Assembly: GCA_040954595.2 (NCBI GenBank)
Contig: CM082586.2
Span: 7,967,337 to 8,031,336 of the forward strand
Length of the DNA: 64,000 bases
Reading direction: 5' to 3'
Origin: Balanoglossus misakiensis
Lineage: Eukaryota > Animalia > Hemichordata
Part shown: positions 1-14,600 of the stretch, piece after piece
How positions within the stretch are numbered: the stretch's first letter is position 1
Layout: every line of letters starts with the position of its first letter
The notes under the pieces: generated by a model
What the model was told of the DNA's origin: nothing
Database searches by the model: none
What the model saw: the letters and a program-made list of their open reading frames with translations, nothing else
Program-made: the position numbers and the translations under genes

Positions 1-452
1 CATAAGAATAAGATTCTTTTGTGTGTAATGGTGGAGAAAACTTGTATTTGAATGCACAATTTTATAAGCGTATATGGGGCTATTCAAAGTGTGCTAAATA
101 CAGATATACCGTATAATGCATTTTAACATTTCCATATTTTATCTTTGACGCACAGAACAAAATTTATTGTTACTTTTTCTGTGATTTTCAAGCAATACCG
201 TATGATTTCTAAAAGTATGACTTGTTTGTATACGATTTTTATGATGTTTCATATCCAGAGAAATGCATTCCATGTTAATACGTGCCTTATTAAGATTTTG
301 CATTTCATTTGCATATACTCCACCCTTTACTGCCTGTGCCCAAGCCACACCCTATCTTGATCTTTTACTCTTTCACCCCCAGTTCCCTCTACAGAGGTCC
401 AGGTTTACCATAGAAAGCATTTGGAACCACGATGGTGAAAGGGTTAAGACAC

Positions 453-918
453 TTAAAGCCCCAGTATTTCTTGTGTTTATCCATTTTTCATCATCGAAAA
501 ATGCCCATTTTTCCCGTACATTCATCATGGAATACAACATAATGAAGATATAAGAAAGGTTTGGGCAACTGTAGCTACATGCAAGCTGTAAATATTGCCC
601 GTAACACTTGAAATGATGTGCGGGTTTGTTTATAACAGAAATATTGTACATGTCGATCAGCAAACGTGCCACTTTGACATTTGATGTCAGACCATATTCG
701 GATTTGATCTGGTTCCATCGACTGATTTCGTCCCATATAGTTATTTAGAGCCTGACTTTTTGTCCGGACATAAAGTCATTCTTCACTCGTTATATTGTAA
801 ATTGGTATGTGTTTATGAACAGAGCTGGGTGTGATAACTGTTCGATTTAGTATCAATTATCATGTTCTTTTAGAAATTGAAGATGCCGTTTCAAAAACGA
901 GAAATACTGAGGCTTTAA
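453..918. mobile_element. Kolobok-like non-autonomous DNA transposon (TTAA-flanked MITE) with relic ORF
   Basis: Left end ttaaagccccagtatttct (453-471) is the reverse complement, with 1 mismatch, of right end agaaatactgaggctttaa (900-918). TTAA flanks both sides. The minus strand reads ITIWDEISRWNQIKSEYGLTSNVKVARLLIDMY. Confidence 0.6.
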
Positions 919-1759
919 GTAAAATTAGATTTTGTGTAGAAGTTTATATGGAATTATGTTAAAAGGGAAGGAGTTTGTGCAGAATTCAGTGCCAACAATT
1001 ACTATAGCATTTACCTTCAGAGGGGTCCCAGTTGCATTATTTTCAGAGCAGGGTGTCGGAACACTAGCTTGCAAGTTGAATTCTATCAAAATAACACAAA
1101 GCAATTTTGATAGTAGTGTCCATAAAATCCAATGATTAATTATCAGCTTTGTCTGTTGAAACTTGATCCAAACCTTGACGTATGTGCCTAATTATTCTCA
1201 TTATTAAAAAAATAGTTGTGTGCCACTAAAACCAAGCCAAAGTCTTCCGTATTTTGACAACATTGCAATGCAGGATTTTTTATTGAAAAAAACTGCTTTA
1301 TAAATTACATATGTGATGCTGCAAACGTACAATTAATTAATCTTCTCTATTATGGAGTATATAAAGTATGGTTTTTCATGAACAAATGTAATAATTTATA
1401 CAGAATTTTGTGACTCAAAATTAAGATGTATTTGATACATCTGGTTTAATACTATATAGAATTCAAAATTACCATGGTAATGCTTGAGTTTTGTTCTTGA
1501 TTGGTGGATTTGAATGACAGACATCATATCATGACTTCCAAATGTGTTTATTTCTATACTAAAATTCTGTTTTAAGGTTATACTGAATCTAAGAGAAGAT
1601 TTTTTGGTGGGCAGCTAGTTGTCAGTTGTAAGGTTGTAATATATGACTGTACAATAAATTCATTAGTCTTTCACAAAGTATATTCTTCTGGTTAAATGTT
1701 AAACTGAAAAGTCGTATATTGGACATACAGTGTCTGGAAAATTACCAAACTGAATAAGA

Positions 1760-2640
1760 AAGTGATATTTTTGGTACAAAGAAGATAGTTTTAGCTGTTC
1801 AGGTGGTAATACCTTGTCTTTACAGTTCAAAATATGCAAATATGAAAATGTCAGTAGAAAAATGTCATAAATAGGAACAATTCTAAATTTAGACAGTTTG
1901 CAAGTGGAGAACTTGGAGTCAAAATAATGAAAGTTTTCTACTTTTTTACTGTTATGTAATTGTCTGTCCAAGTGTTTTTCCAAAATATTTTATGCCTTGG
2001 ATATTGCCATTTCTTTCTCTTTTTGTTACATTCTTGACTTTTTGGTGGAGGTGTTTCTTCAGTGTATGCATTTGTGTTATGTAGCAACAATAACAAAATG
2101 AGCTTACACATCAATTGAGTTTTTATTTTTATCTGGAAAAAAATCGCTCATTGACAGACTCCATTTAATGCGTGTCACATTTAATTTTTATCAGTTAATT
2201 AGATCTTCATGAAGCTTGTTTATTATTAGTCCTTGACCCTGTTTTTCTAATTAGGCTAGAAAAGAAAATGAATAGTTCTGGTCGGCGACACATCACTGGA
2301 AGTAGTTTGAGGCATTCTGGTGCCACTACCTTGTCTGTACAGTTCAAACTGTCTAATTTCAGTGAAAATATAGAGATTGACACCAGGAAGACCTCTTGAA
2401 AATTTCCCTCTGAAAATATGGAATTCAATGCAAAGTATCAGAGATTTTATTCTTTTCGGTTTGTGTGAGTTCTATGTTTTTACTATTCTGTAATTGTCTG
2501 TATCAACAGGTGTTTTTAAAACAATTCATTTTGTGCCCTAAATATTGTTAATTTTCCCTTTTTTGAACATTCTTGACTTTTTGGTGGGTTGTGTTATTTT
2601 AGTGTGTGCATTTTCTTTGTGGAATGTTGTGAAATTTACA
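1760..2640. repeat. Diverged local direct duplication (~540 bp period)
   Basis: Shared blocks include taccttgtct(t/g)tacagttcaaa at ~1810 and ~2327, and acattcttgactttttggtgg at ~2028 and ~2567. Boundaries are approximate. Confidence 0.55.
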
Positions 2641-3814
2641 AATTCGGATTGCACAATTATATATGTAAATTTTAATCCAGAACAACTTGAAAAAACGCTC
2701 AATTTTTGACAGTACTCATTACGTTGTGTTTACGGTATGTTTTTTAATTGGCGTGGATCTCTATGGAGCTTGTTGATTTAACATTTCTCCATTGGTCTGT
2801 TGATTTTTGAATTATTCCAATTTTTAAACATTATGCCAGATATTCCCTTTATGCTAATAAAAATTAAATATTTGGAGAGTTGATTCCATGAGAGTTGTCA
2901 CTGTATTCTACAAAATGTTTGGCTATTTTGTTTTGTGTTACATATCCCGAGTGACATACATGTAATTAAAAATCATTAAAATTCAATGAGTCAAACTTAA
3001 TTAGTCAGTATTCCTGATGTTAGCATTTTATCAACGTAGGCAGCAAATTTCTGTATAATATGTGTAGAATCAGCTTTGAAAATTTAATGCATAACAGAGC
3101 CATATTTTATTGGTTTGAAGTTCTCATTGAAGGGAGAAAAATGATTACTGCGGAAGTAATTGCACAGCAAAGATACCCATTACAATAAGTCTTGCATGGA
3201 CCTCTAGACATTTTTGAAAAGAGGTGTTTGATGATTGGCTAATTAACCCATACACACACACACATACACACACCACCACCACAGACCTATTTTGTATAGT
3301 GTCTGCATGTGACGAACCAATGAATGATTGTAAACATTGACAAAAATCACCATTCAAAGTCCTCTGCTCCTGAAGATTTTTCTTATTTTGTCAAAAGAAT
3401 GTATCTGATTTACTGTAGCTAATAATTAGAGGCTAGTTGATTGCCAATATAAGAGATCTCTGAGGAAAATTTGCATATTTGGCAGGAAATAATAATCCCC
3501 TGTAGTTTTCCCCTGAGAGGTGTTATATCTCCAACCAAATACCCAAGTGAATTATTAATAATCTCATTATAATGTGATGATTGATAAAAGTGGACAGTCT
3601 TTTTTCAAATACAATTTTTTAGTGGGACAGCAAATCATGCATTTTCAAGAGCCTCATTGAACACTTCCAGAACCATGCCCTTCTATTAACATTCTACAAT
3701 TTCTTAAGTACCACAACTGTATGTGACAGCCAATTAAATTCAAAAAGTTTCGCATGTGCTTTTTTCTATGTTTTTTATAGCAAGGTTGTCAGTGGAATAG
3801 TAGAGATGAAAATA

Positions 3815-4135
3815 TTAAAGGCCGTAGATCATCTTATGCATACATGCATAAATTCATTTGTACAAACATAACGTCGAATCAAATGTTCTGCCAAATTTGC
3901 GTTTCAAATTGTAGACTGTCCTCGCTTCCTTCCATATTTCATGCCCACCGTATTAGTATACTTTGGTTTTGTCCCTTCTTTTCATCCAATTTGCTGTCTT
4001 TTCCGACACAGACTACCGTCACCGCCATCTTGTCTGTTAGGTCAGTACACTGCCTTATGGCATTGACTGTATACAATTTTTGTAACCAGAGTCTGTTGTT
4101 GGGCTCATGCGCATAAGACAATTGTTACCCTTTAA
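3815..4135. mobile_element. Kolobok-like MITE (family shared with 35292-35578)
   Basis: ttaaagg...cctttaa termini. The internal sequence (cgcttccttccatatttcatgc...ggttttgtccc...cgccatctt...cactgccttatgg) is nearly colinear with 35292-35578. Confidence 0.7.
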
Positions 4136-4155
4136 GTGTCATGAAGTGAAAGGTC

Positions 4156-4262
4156 TTGCTGCAGTTCAGGAGCTCTATGTTTTGCCTTTGTTTGCGTGTC
4201 AGATGATTTTGCCATCTAACGCACAAACCAAGACAAAACCTCAAGCTACTGAACTGCAGCTA
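4156..4262. mobile_element. Palindromic mini-element with 9-bp TSD (Academ/AcademH-like MITE)
   Basis: Imperfect hairpin t(t)gctgcagttcag...ctgaactgcagcta. Direct repeat tgaaaggtc at 4147-4155 and 4263-4271. Confidence 0.65.
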
Positions 4263-4563
4263 TGAAAGGTCATGAGCTGTTATTCTATTGAAGCAAGATC
4301 GATCATCTACCTGAAAATTTCATTACCTTGAGGTTTTTTTGTAAAACTTGTCAAATATTGTCAAGTCATTTATTATTCATGTGGTTTTAAGATAAGATCA
4401 ATTATATGAAACGTCCTACGGAATTAAACCAGTAATAATTATCTCCTGATAAAGTCAGGACACTGTTGCATATTAATAAGTGATAAGCCTAATGACCCGA
4501 GTTTCGACCTGAAACAGTGGGTGTATTGGCATGGTTTGGCATGTGTGAGTATGTATATCAGTC

Positions 4564-4607
4564 ATGTATGTATGTATGTATCTATGTATCTATGTATCTA
4601 TGTATGT
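4564..4607. repeat. (TATG)n/(TATC) microsatellite
   Basis: Directly visible tetranucleotide run. Confidence 0.8.
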
Positions 4608-5655
4608 TAATCAATATTGGCAATGGATATGTTGTGCCTTTTCAGTCCCTACGGACGAAGTCTCTCGGTATCAATGTATCATATCTTTCGAAATGATCGA
4701 TAGTCGGAGTTTGTTTCCAGTGGTGGGCATAAAGTTATAATGCGTTAGAATTGAAGAACAGCAACGGAAACACCCGTCTAAAGTTTCAGTCAGGCATCTT
4801 CATTGTAAACAGAGGCCAAGGTATGCGTCCGACCTGATGGTATACTCTGTGACTGACCGTCGCTAGAGTAACGTCCAAGCTCGTTGCCCACTGATCTTCA
4901 CATTGTGTTCTCTCTGCCTTCATGAAGAAATTAAACTTTTAATGAGAAAAGTACTTTGTGGAAACACATTTTGTTCTCTTGTTCACAACTAGGTTAACTT
5001 TGTTTACATCTGAAGCCCTCCAAGAAATGTTTTAAACATTCCACAGTTAAAGCACTAACAGAATATTGTGTCACTAGAATTATGTGGGTGGCTTCACACT
5101 TTCCTCGGGCTAAATGTCTTCTACATGGGAGAGAGTCACCTCCACTTTGTGAAATGCACAACAAAATATGGCGGGAAAATTGGGCTTTCCCATGGTGGCG
5201 CGGCGGCAATATTTGCTTGCGGCAAAGCTGTGTTATTTATCTGGTCAAAACTTGCGTATGCACAAGTATAATATACTTCAGCGCATACCGTAAAGGTCAA
5301 TGTTAGTACAGTCTGAAAATAAATTTCATGACAATCATCCCAGAAGTTGCAGATCATGGGGTTTTAAGGTAAAAAATATTAATTTTAATGATTCTGAGAC
5401 TTCAATTATACAGGCGTACAAAGCCAATTTAATATCTATTGATGCATGTGGGACAACTGATTAAATTATCTCAAGTAATTACCTTGTTCATGATTGGTCG
5501 TTATAGATACAAGGCGAGCATCGCGCACTGAACGTCAGTATAACTTAGTAGATGATGTTTGTCGACTAATTAAAATTACTCCACGATCAGAGCGATCAGT
5601 CGACCGCCGAGCTCGTCCGACCCGTCGAATGCGACGCGCAGACATTGTTACCAAC

Positions 5656-8600
5656 ATGTCTAAGACGAAACTCTACGAAACAAGCAGAGAAGTGGAAACA
5701 TTGTTTCTGTCTGCAGCGGAGAAAGGCGACAAGAAAGCCGTCCTAATCGCTCTTGACCACCCGACAGTTTTTGATGTCAACTGTCAGGACGCAGATGGAC
5801 ACAGTGCACTCGCCCTCGCCGTTGTAAATGGTCACTTTGGTAAGTTTTTTTCGCCATCCACAAATTTACATCGAGGGCTTTGTTGTGCGTTCCAAATCGC
5901 TCATAACCCTTTCATGAATAAGAGGCAAGTGTAAATGAATTGTGACGTGTATTTGGTTGCTGTTTTCTCAGGTAATGATATCCTTGATGACTTTCAAGGG
6001 TGATTGAAGTATTATCACATGTAGAAGGCATTATTGCCGGATATCAACTCTAATCAGTGATAGGCAATGTCAATGTCGTTGATTTTATTCAATTACAATG
6101 TATTTCCCTTAATTTAAATAAGTTAACGTTCTGTCCACTTGAGCAGGTTCAATGTACAATGTAGCTGCAAAACGTAAACATTTAGATGCTAGTTGAATTC
6201 CCTCATCGTGTTACAGACATTATCCGAATATTTAACATACCCCAGAGATTTTAATATTCATTTTTCCTTGACCATCGTTGTTTATTAAATTTCAATTTTT
6301 CTTGGACAGAAAAAAATAAATTTCAATTTATCTAGGACAGAAATTGCGATGTTGTGAAGATATGGGTTAAAGTATGATTATAAATTACCCCGAATTCTTT
6401 TTCCCGTCGGGGGAATAGTAATTACATATCCCAATCATCATACTTTCATTTCGAAATTGTGATAAAATATCTCAATTATTTTTGGTTTTGTTCATTGGAA
6501 ATTTGCTTAGCCATCCACATTAAAAATAGTATGGCGCGTATAAAAAAATGGAATAAACCTTCCTAGCAATACACTTTCAAAGCAACTAGATTGCTACAAA
6601 ATTGATTTTTTTTGTAAGCTTGCTTCGACCATAGCGAAGCCCAACATAAACATTCGCTGTTCTCAGCTTACTAGTACATTTGTTTTTAAAAAGGAGATTA
6701 TCGTTGTGCGACAGGAGGCACTTTGCTATTTCGGATAAAACTTGTGCAAACTCACAACAACACCGTTTTCCACAAGGAGCGTAAAATACATGTACTTAGG
6801 GACATAGAAATATGGACAAACCTGGATGCTGTCATATATGTGTGCAGTGCGATCCTGATATTTTTCCAATATAGCCTTGGTGTAAACTTAGAGAAGTGCC
6901 ACGCCTGTTTCTTCATTGCAAATAGAAAAACAAAACAAAAAACAAGATTAGATACCCACATAAAGAAATTGGGAAAATATCTGAAACTAACTGGTCCGCA
7001 ACTATGATTTGTAATTTACACAGAATCAGTGATCATTTTTTAATCTTTTTGATTGACATTTCTGACGAGATATGGAATCTTCACTTGTTGTGAGTCGAAT
7101 TAAAAATGTTATAAATACAAACAAGTGCCACCTGTTTCGGAGGAGGGGGATATAATTGCAATCAATCGCTCTTTTAATTTTTGTCAATATTATATGAACT
7201 CAAGTAGGTAGCGGACCATTGGACATATAAATTTGTTTTGAATGAGATATGAAATTACGAGAGATAAAAACGTGGGACATTCTATATAAGTATTTTAGGT
7301 ACTAACGAGAAAATACCAGTTGCTTTTAATACCCAAATCGTTTTCGAGAAAATTGCCAATGTCATAATACGCTTCGGAATTCTGAAAAAGTGTAATCTGT
7401 TTTTTATGATTCTACGATGTCTTTTTGGGTTTGGGCGAACATCGCTTTGAAAATGTACTGGTAACGCACGTAAACAAATTCTCGTGATAAATTTATCATG
7501 ACACATCTGTTTATGTACGAAACTCTCTTCACTGTCTATGTTAACAACTCTGGCTGTTCGTTTGCATATAAATTAAGAATACCATAACATGACTGAATAT
7601 GTGTAAAATAGATTCATTAATTAATTACATAACTATTAAAATAACTAAGATGGGGCTATAATATTCCTTCAAACGGTTATAGTTAATATCGAATGGTACC
7701 CATGAAAATAAAATGTCAAATAAATTTGAACCAATCTCTTTTATTTGTAGCGTCTAGACAAAAACTTAACAGTGATGATGTATACCATCATGCGTGAAGG
7801 CCAAAGTCATCATGCATCTTTGAAGTTCAACTGTTCCCTAGAGAGTCTTATTCGTTTCGTATAATCTTATTGGACAAAACTGAAATAGTTTATCACTAAT
7901 ACATCTTGGTTCATACACATTACGCAAATTCAAACTGACAAGAAGGACGTGAGTTTTCATAATGATGAGTGGCGAAATTAAAAGATGGCAAAATAAAATT
8001 ATCTCGCGATTTAATATCGCAGGATCAGGTTCGGGCTCAAGTAATTCCTTCCTTCTTGCCTGTAACAGTCTTGCAATCTTTGTGACGTACATACAATCAC
8101 TGCTATTAAGAGCTCGTCTGCATATTTTAAAAGCGCATTCTGACATGTCTCTATAGTGTAAGCATTTCACTCGGCATGTGGCAAGAATTCAAGACACACA
8201 ACGCTGGTGGGATTGTCTATTCTATGACTATTCTAAGCAAATATGTGACTGAGGGTAAAATGTCTTAACTTCTGTATTACTAAAGAATGTTGTGCCCTTT
8301 TGCAATTTCGATGTTTTTTACCGTAAAGCATGAATATTAGAGAAAATATATTAGCTGTACATGTCATTCACAAAACGGTCGCCAATGGTCGCGGACCAGG
8401 ACGACTTTACGGCAACAGTTTCTGCGTTGCCAGACCCTGGTTCGCAAAAAAACGGGGTCGCCTAACTGTCACTTGCTTGATATAGATAATGTACCGCGTA
8501 GTTTTGTTGATTGTTTGCATCCTCTTCAGACAATAGCATAGCGGTACGATTTGCTGTCAGTGATAACTCAGATGTAAATTTTACATGAACTGTGTATTCA

Positions 8601-11600
8601 CAAAGTTTTAGAGACGCAAATTCTGACAATTTATTTATTAACATGTATGTCCCCTGTTGACCGTGGAAAATGAATAGTGGATATCACGTGATGTAGCGTT
8701 CCTTGCCAGGAGATTAGACACACACCTTTGATCAATTGTCGTGGTATCATCTGCGGACAATAACACTCTCTTTATATGCAAATAACTTGATATATCCCAT
8801 TAGAACGTCAAATTTGTCTTCTCCCATAGGATTTCATTGAGAGTTTGATTGAAAACGCGCTGTTGTCATTTTCATGAAGCTGCGCATTTAGCTCCATCAT
8901 AAGAAATTAAACTCACGGTTCGAATAAAATCACATAGCAACTTGTGTAATTTTTAAGGTAAATGTATTGCTAGAGAAATCTCATTGATGAAGGAAATGTC
9001 TCAAATATTAGAAAAGGTTTCCGACTTTGTTTTTCTAGGGCATTACTATTGAATTTAAGTGCGCGCAAACTCAACGCGACGAAATGCAACAGGGAAATGA
9101 ATTGTGACTGAATTGCGATGTACGCTTGGGAGACGCGGCGTTAATTAATTGAGACAGATGAAGGAGAAACTATGGGAATACAAACACACACCCATTGACA
9201 GGGTGTTGTGCATTAATCATGTTTACTTATTCATAGAGTTGAAGGTATAACAACTGACCTACTCTGGTGTGCCGTGCAGTCATCCAACTTTGGGAATTTG
9301 AATATCCAGGGTCTATGATTTGAAAGTAAACGTAACTTGCCCGTTTAACCCAAAAGGAGTATTGAAATCTTTATTTAGACTTGCTGTCATATTACGTTAG
9401 TGTTTACAAGATTAAGCATAGACTGTCTATGGATTATTTAAGCAATAAAACACCCCCAGCCATGGTATACCACGAGATTTTGACCAGTTCACGACATATA
9501 CGCACGAGCGATAGCGAGTGCGTATATGGAGTTGAACTGGTCAAACCGAGTGGTATACCATGGCTGGGGGTGTTTTATTGCTATTATATTATGCCAGTAT
9601 ATTGAAACTTTGCATAAAACATTTTAAAAAGGCATTTTCTTTGACTATGATATATGACTGTGGTATATGGCTAATATATCACGGTCACGTGTCGTGTCTC
9701 GACCAATCAAATAGCGTGATTTACACCATCAATATACTAGTATAATATAATAAATAACATGCATATGTGGAACAGACGATAAATAAACAAAATAAAACAA
9801 AACAAAACGACAAAACCCATAGACAACCCATAAACAAACATGCAAACTCAGGTAATAGAGGTCAAAGATGTAACAATGCCAGCACATTTAGTATTCACCG
9901 GTCAGATATTATCATAGTTCTAAATTGACTAATTCTTAACAGTGTAAGCCCCTATAATAAACTTATTAACAAAGAATAGGCCATCGAGACAATTAACCAT
10001 TATGGACTGTAACTCTTTTAAGTCTTTCTATAATGTTTGTTTTATAATGCACTTATGGAAATTAAAGCCTAATATTTACTTTCTCCAGAAATGAAACTTA
10101 GTTTTCTTATACCAGGATGGCCTCGCTCCATTTGTTCATGCCTGTTGCATGGAAATAGCAGGTTGGGGTCAAACGACACGATTCAAGAGAACAAACTTGT
10201 CATTAAGCAGACTGCCACTTGTTTGAAAGTAATCCCATCTACTTTGAATGAGCGTTCATCCGAAACGCTTCTAGACTCTTCTCTTTAGAAATTCCCCAAC
10301 ACTTTAATATGGCGATTAACTGCCGCTCTGGCAATGATTGAAACAGACCATCACCCATTCATTTTATATGAAGATACTCAGAATACATGATATATAACTT
10401 GAAGACACGATAATCAGATAATTTTATATTGATTACACATTTAAACAGTGACAATCATTAACGGCAATGTATGTACGGTATAGGGTGGCCATAGTAAGGC
10501 ATGTGTGACATTTCATTTAGTATAAAAGATCACTTATACACATGCTTGATATGCTCGAATAATGATAGCGCGGCATCATTATAGAAATTAGGTTTGATTC
10601 ATCAAACATACGCGTGGATAAAAGCAATCTCTGGACCATAAAGACAACACAATTGTAGAATTTTAAGCGGGCATTAGCTGTAATTTTTGGCTATTTTTCC
10701 AGCATTTATATTGTGTGTATCAAATGCGATTTCATTTTCTAATATCACCAGTACTCCACTTACCAACATAGCTTGTATGTGTGTAATACGGTAGCCCCTA
10801 CGCGCCAGAATTAATTTAGTATTTTGAAAGTTAAACTTTTCTGTGCAACGACCATTGTTATTTGCACTCTGTTGCGGACTTAAATTCAAATTTTGCACCG
10901 TAACAATGATTGACTATGTATACATATAGGCTGTGTTAATAAGCTGATTACTGGGCATTTCACCATGCATGATTCGGGAAACTGGACGGAGTTAAGAAAC
11001 TGCAGTAGATTCACAAAACAAGAATACTGAAAACATAGCGAAGAAGTACAACTGATGGAGGTATAAAGTTTGGGTGGTAGGAATAGAACTTGTATTGTTA
11101 AGAAACACATTGGCATGTCTCGATTAATGCTAAGCTGTCTACGCTTTCTTTGTTTTGCAGAACTCGTTGACATTTTGTCGTCTCACTCTGATGTAGACCT
11201 CGGTGATTCGTTGTTGAGGGCCGTCAATTTGCAGTACGTGCCAGCCGTGTGGAACATCTGCAAAAGTATGAAGCAAAGGAATCTGCTACCGGTAGGGTGG
11301 ATAATGGGTTCTAGTTCTACACGTTCGTAGCCTGGTCTCCATACCCAGTGTGTTTTTAGATAGACTCACACACTCGCGAGTCTATCTAAGAACACACTGG
11401 GTATGGAGACCAGGCTAACACGTTCTTTGCACGCCCATTTTAATACATCATCACCATTCCTGGTTCACATACATTCTAACACACCAGCGTTAAAGGTATA
11501 CGATCACCTATGGACATTCAGCTTCAGTTACCATGGTAAACTTGGGATCTAGCCAATCACAGATTGTCAGTGCATGGGTGGCACACGCGAAAAAAAGAGC

Positions 11601-14600
11601 CCCACTATCTGTTCTTTAGAACACTCATATACAACTTCAGCCATATATAGGTGACCGTTACCTCCTTAATGCGCGAGAACCATAATGAATCTCTCAACTA
11701 CGTGAGTTTGAGTCGATCAATTCAATTAAATGCGAGATTAGGGTAGTTATATTCCGCATTTGTAGAATTTATGTTTAATTAAAAATTGTTGCCATTCCAC
11801 AGACAGTCAGACGGAGGTTTCGACGGAGCTGAAGATCAGGGAAAGTGACGCGGCTTAATAATTGAGTTTTGAGACATATTATATTGCTACTCGTCCGAAT
11901 TCACTCAGATACATGCATACTAAATATACCTCCATTCTGTACTTTGTAAAAGTTGCCTTGAAAGTTATTGACCTCAAATAAGTGTTTCTCCATCATTCAA
12001 CCCAGTTGTCAACGTGTTGACAGTTAATAACATATCCCATGGCAACAGACTCAATTGCCTTTGCGTATACTTATCTCTCCATTAATGACACGCCAATATT
12101 TTGATGACAATCTTCAACGCGATGTATGCTAGATAAAGCGCTTGTAATTAAAAGTGGCTCCCGAAAGTGATAAATAAAAAAGCTAATTATATGCGTCTTT
12201 GAGATCTTCTTCAAGGGAAAGTCCCGCAAATTAGGCTAAGTTCAATCTTGGTCATTCGTCAATCCATTCTCAAGTTTAGATTATAAGTAAACTCTGGCAG
12301 AATGTATGTAAGGTAGTACGCATCATATTGGACTGAAATTTTCCGTTATTTCATGCAACATTCCGATCAAGAATCGACGACAGAACTAGGTTTTACCTTT
12401 AATTACCACTTTCGCGTCGTGAAATTCTGCAAATGAATATCCCTGAAGTTACTGCTTTTCTTGTTTATCTTTGCTCCGGACGGAGGAAAATTGTTATTCC
12501 TAGTACCGTAGTTGAAATTAGTATTTATCTGACTTTTTATCATATAAAAGCGTAGCAAAAAGTGGAAATGAACGCGGCAATTTAGGTATCTATATGGGGA
12601 TAGGGTTGATATATTCGGACTGCATTTCGCCTAAGCTTTGTCTTACATGCCGTAACTACACTGAATTACTCTCACTTTGTCCAACATAGAAATGCAACGA
12701 TAACGTGGTATAAAATTGTCAGCTGTCTTTTTTCTAGTTTATCTGAAAAACGCTACCACGCATGACATTTAACACAAATTAATCTCAAAGCCCAAGTGGC
12801 TGGTGTGTGTTATCTGTTCACAGAACATAATTCCATTCCATTTCACCCCCATTACCTCTCAATTACATCTTTTCAGTGACAAACAATGTCAATTCTGTTA
12901 AGGATGACACATCCTGACTTTAACGATCAAGGCGATGTACTGTAGAAACCATTTGCACAATTTACATTCTAATTTCTATTTCATCAGCGCCCTCATCTCT
13001 GCACACCAGAACTAACACCAGGTTTTCATTACAACATGTTTTTTAAAACAGTAAACTTAAGCTAAATGTCGATAGATTGGTTTTTACTAAATAGTCAAAA
13101 TTGTTGTAATTATGTATCTATATATCTATCAATCCAGGAAGGATTATATTGTCGATCTCTGAATAGCGACTTCCATCCCGATATCACTCCAGTGGTGTTA
13201 GCTGGGCACAACAACCACTATGAAATCTTGAAGATCCTGATAGACTATGGCGCCAAAATCGACGAACCCGAGGACTACAAGTTCTTCACCGAGGAATTCA
13301 CCATGGAACATTCGGTGGGGCGGATCAATGTATACCGTGCTCTGTGCAGCGAGGCTGTGATTGGTCTTACCAGCCCCGATCCGATCAAACGGGCATTTGA
13401 CCTGAGTCGCAAGATGCGAGAGCTGAGCGTTCGCAACTTCGAGTTTCGTTTCCAGTTCGAAGACTTCTCGGAGCGGTGTGAGGCGTTTGGGGCCGACTTG
13501 TTGAGTTGCATTCGGAACAATCAAGAACAGATCTCTGTTCTAACCCACGCTCCGGAAATTTGGTCGAAGGATAGTTTCCGAGGAGATTTTCAGGAGCCAT
13601 ATAAAGTTAAGGCAGCCATTGAATGCGAACAACGAAAGGTGAATATCGTGGGTTTTTTTTCTAAATTAAAAAAAATCGAAATTATATTTATGTGAACAAG
13701 GATAAAAGCGGTCACTCGCAATCGTCTGATTTCCTTGTTGGAGCCGAAATTCTGTGTCGGTAGGGTCCATGAGCAAAGCAGATAACTATCATAGCTAGCA
13801 TTTACACCTATAGGAGGGTAAAGAATGACCATGGTGGTTGTGGGATTCGCTTTATACGAATAATATCAATCATTTATTGTTTTTCAGTTCGTGGCCCATC
13901 CTCTTGTTCAACAACGACTCGCTGAGTGTTGGTATCACGGATTGAGAGGGTGGCGAAAACACGATGCATGGAAGAGCCTGTTGTACTCTCTCCTCATGAT
14001 GGCGTCCTTCCCAATCTTATCGCTATGCTTTATTTTTGGCGCGAAAAAGTACCCGGGCAGTCTTCTCAGAATCCCCTACGTCAGGTTCCTCTGTCACGTG
14101 ATGTCACAGTTCTTCTTCCTAATATTCCTGCTCGTCCACTTCGTCGATATCAGACAATTTGACGTCCAGAACAACAATGACGTCGACGAGACAGAAGATG
14201 ACACGTTGATTACCGGAAAGTTGACTCCGAGCTTTTTGGAGTTTTGCATCATTATTTTCGTCATCGGTAAAGTATTGTCACTTGTTATTTTTCATTATTA
14301 CACCTCACGTATTATGTCGTATTCGTGATTGGCTGAGACGCGCTCACGTGACATAGAGAAAAAAAGTGATATAACATAGCAAGAGTTGATAAAGCCCTGT
14401 TGCTATTGCCCGCTGTGTTGTTTTGGTGTTCTGCGCATAACAAACTGTCGTTCAATGGCTTCCTCCACGATCTATTTACACACACTGACATTACAATTGC
14501 TATTACTAAAATAACAATACATGTACATGTAATGGTAATGTGGTGTCTGCATACATTATAATTCGGGCGACATCGTTGATTCATGTTCGATTTTTCCCCT

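Noticed and set aside
5494-5655. N-terminal extension of TRPC from the ORF track
   Set aside because: It begins at a TTG. ATG 5656 sits just before the first ankyrin repeat in a good context (aacATG). An in-frame ATG at 5629 cannot be excluded.
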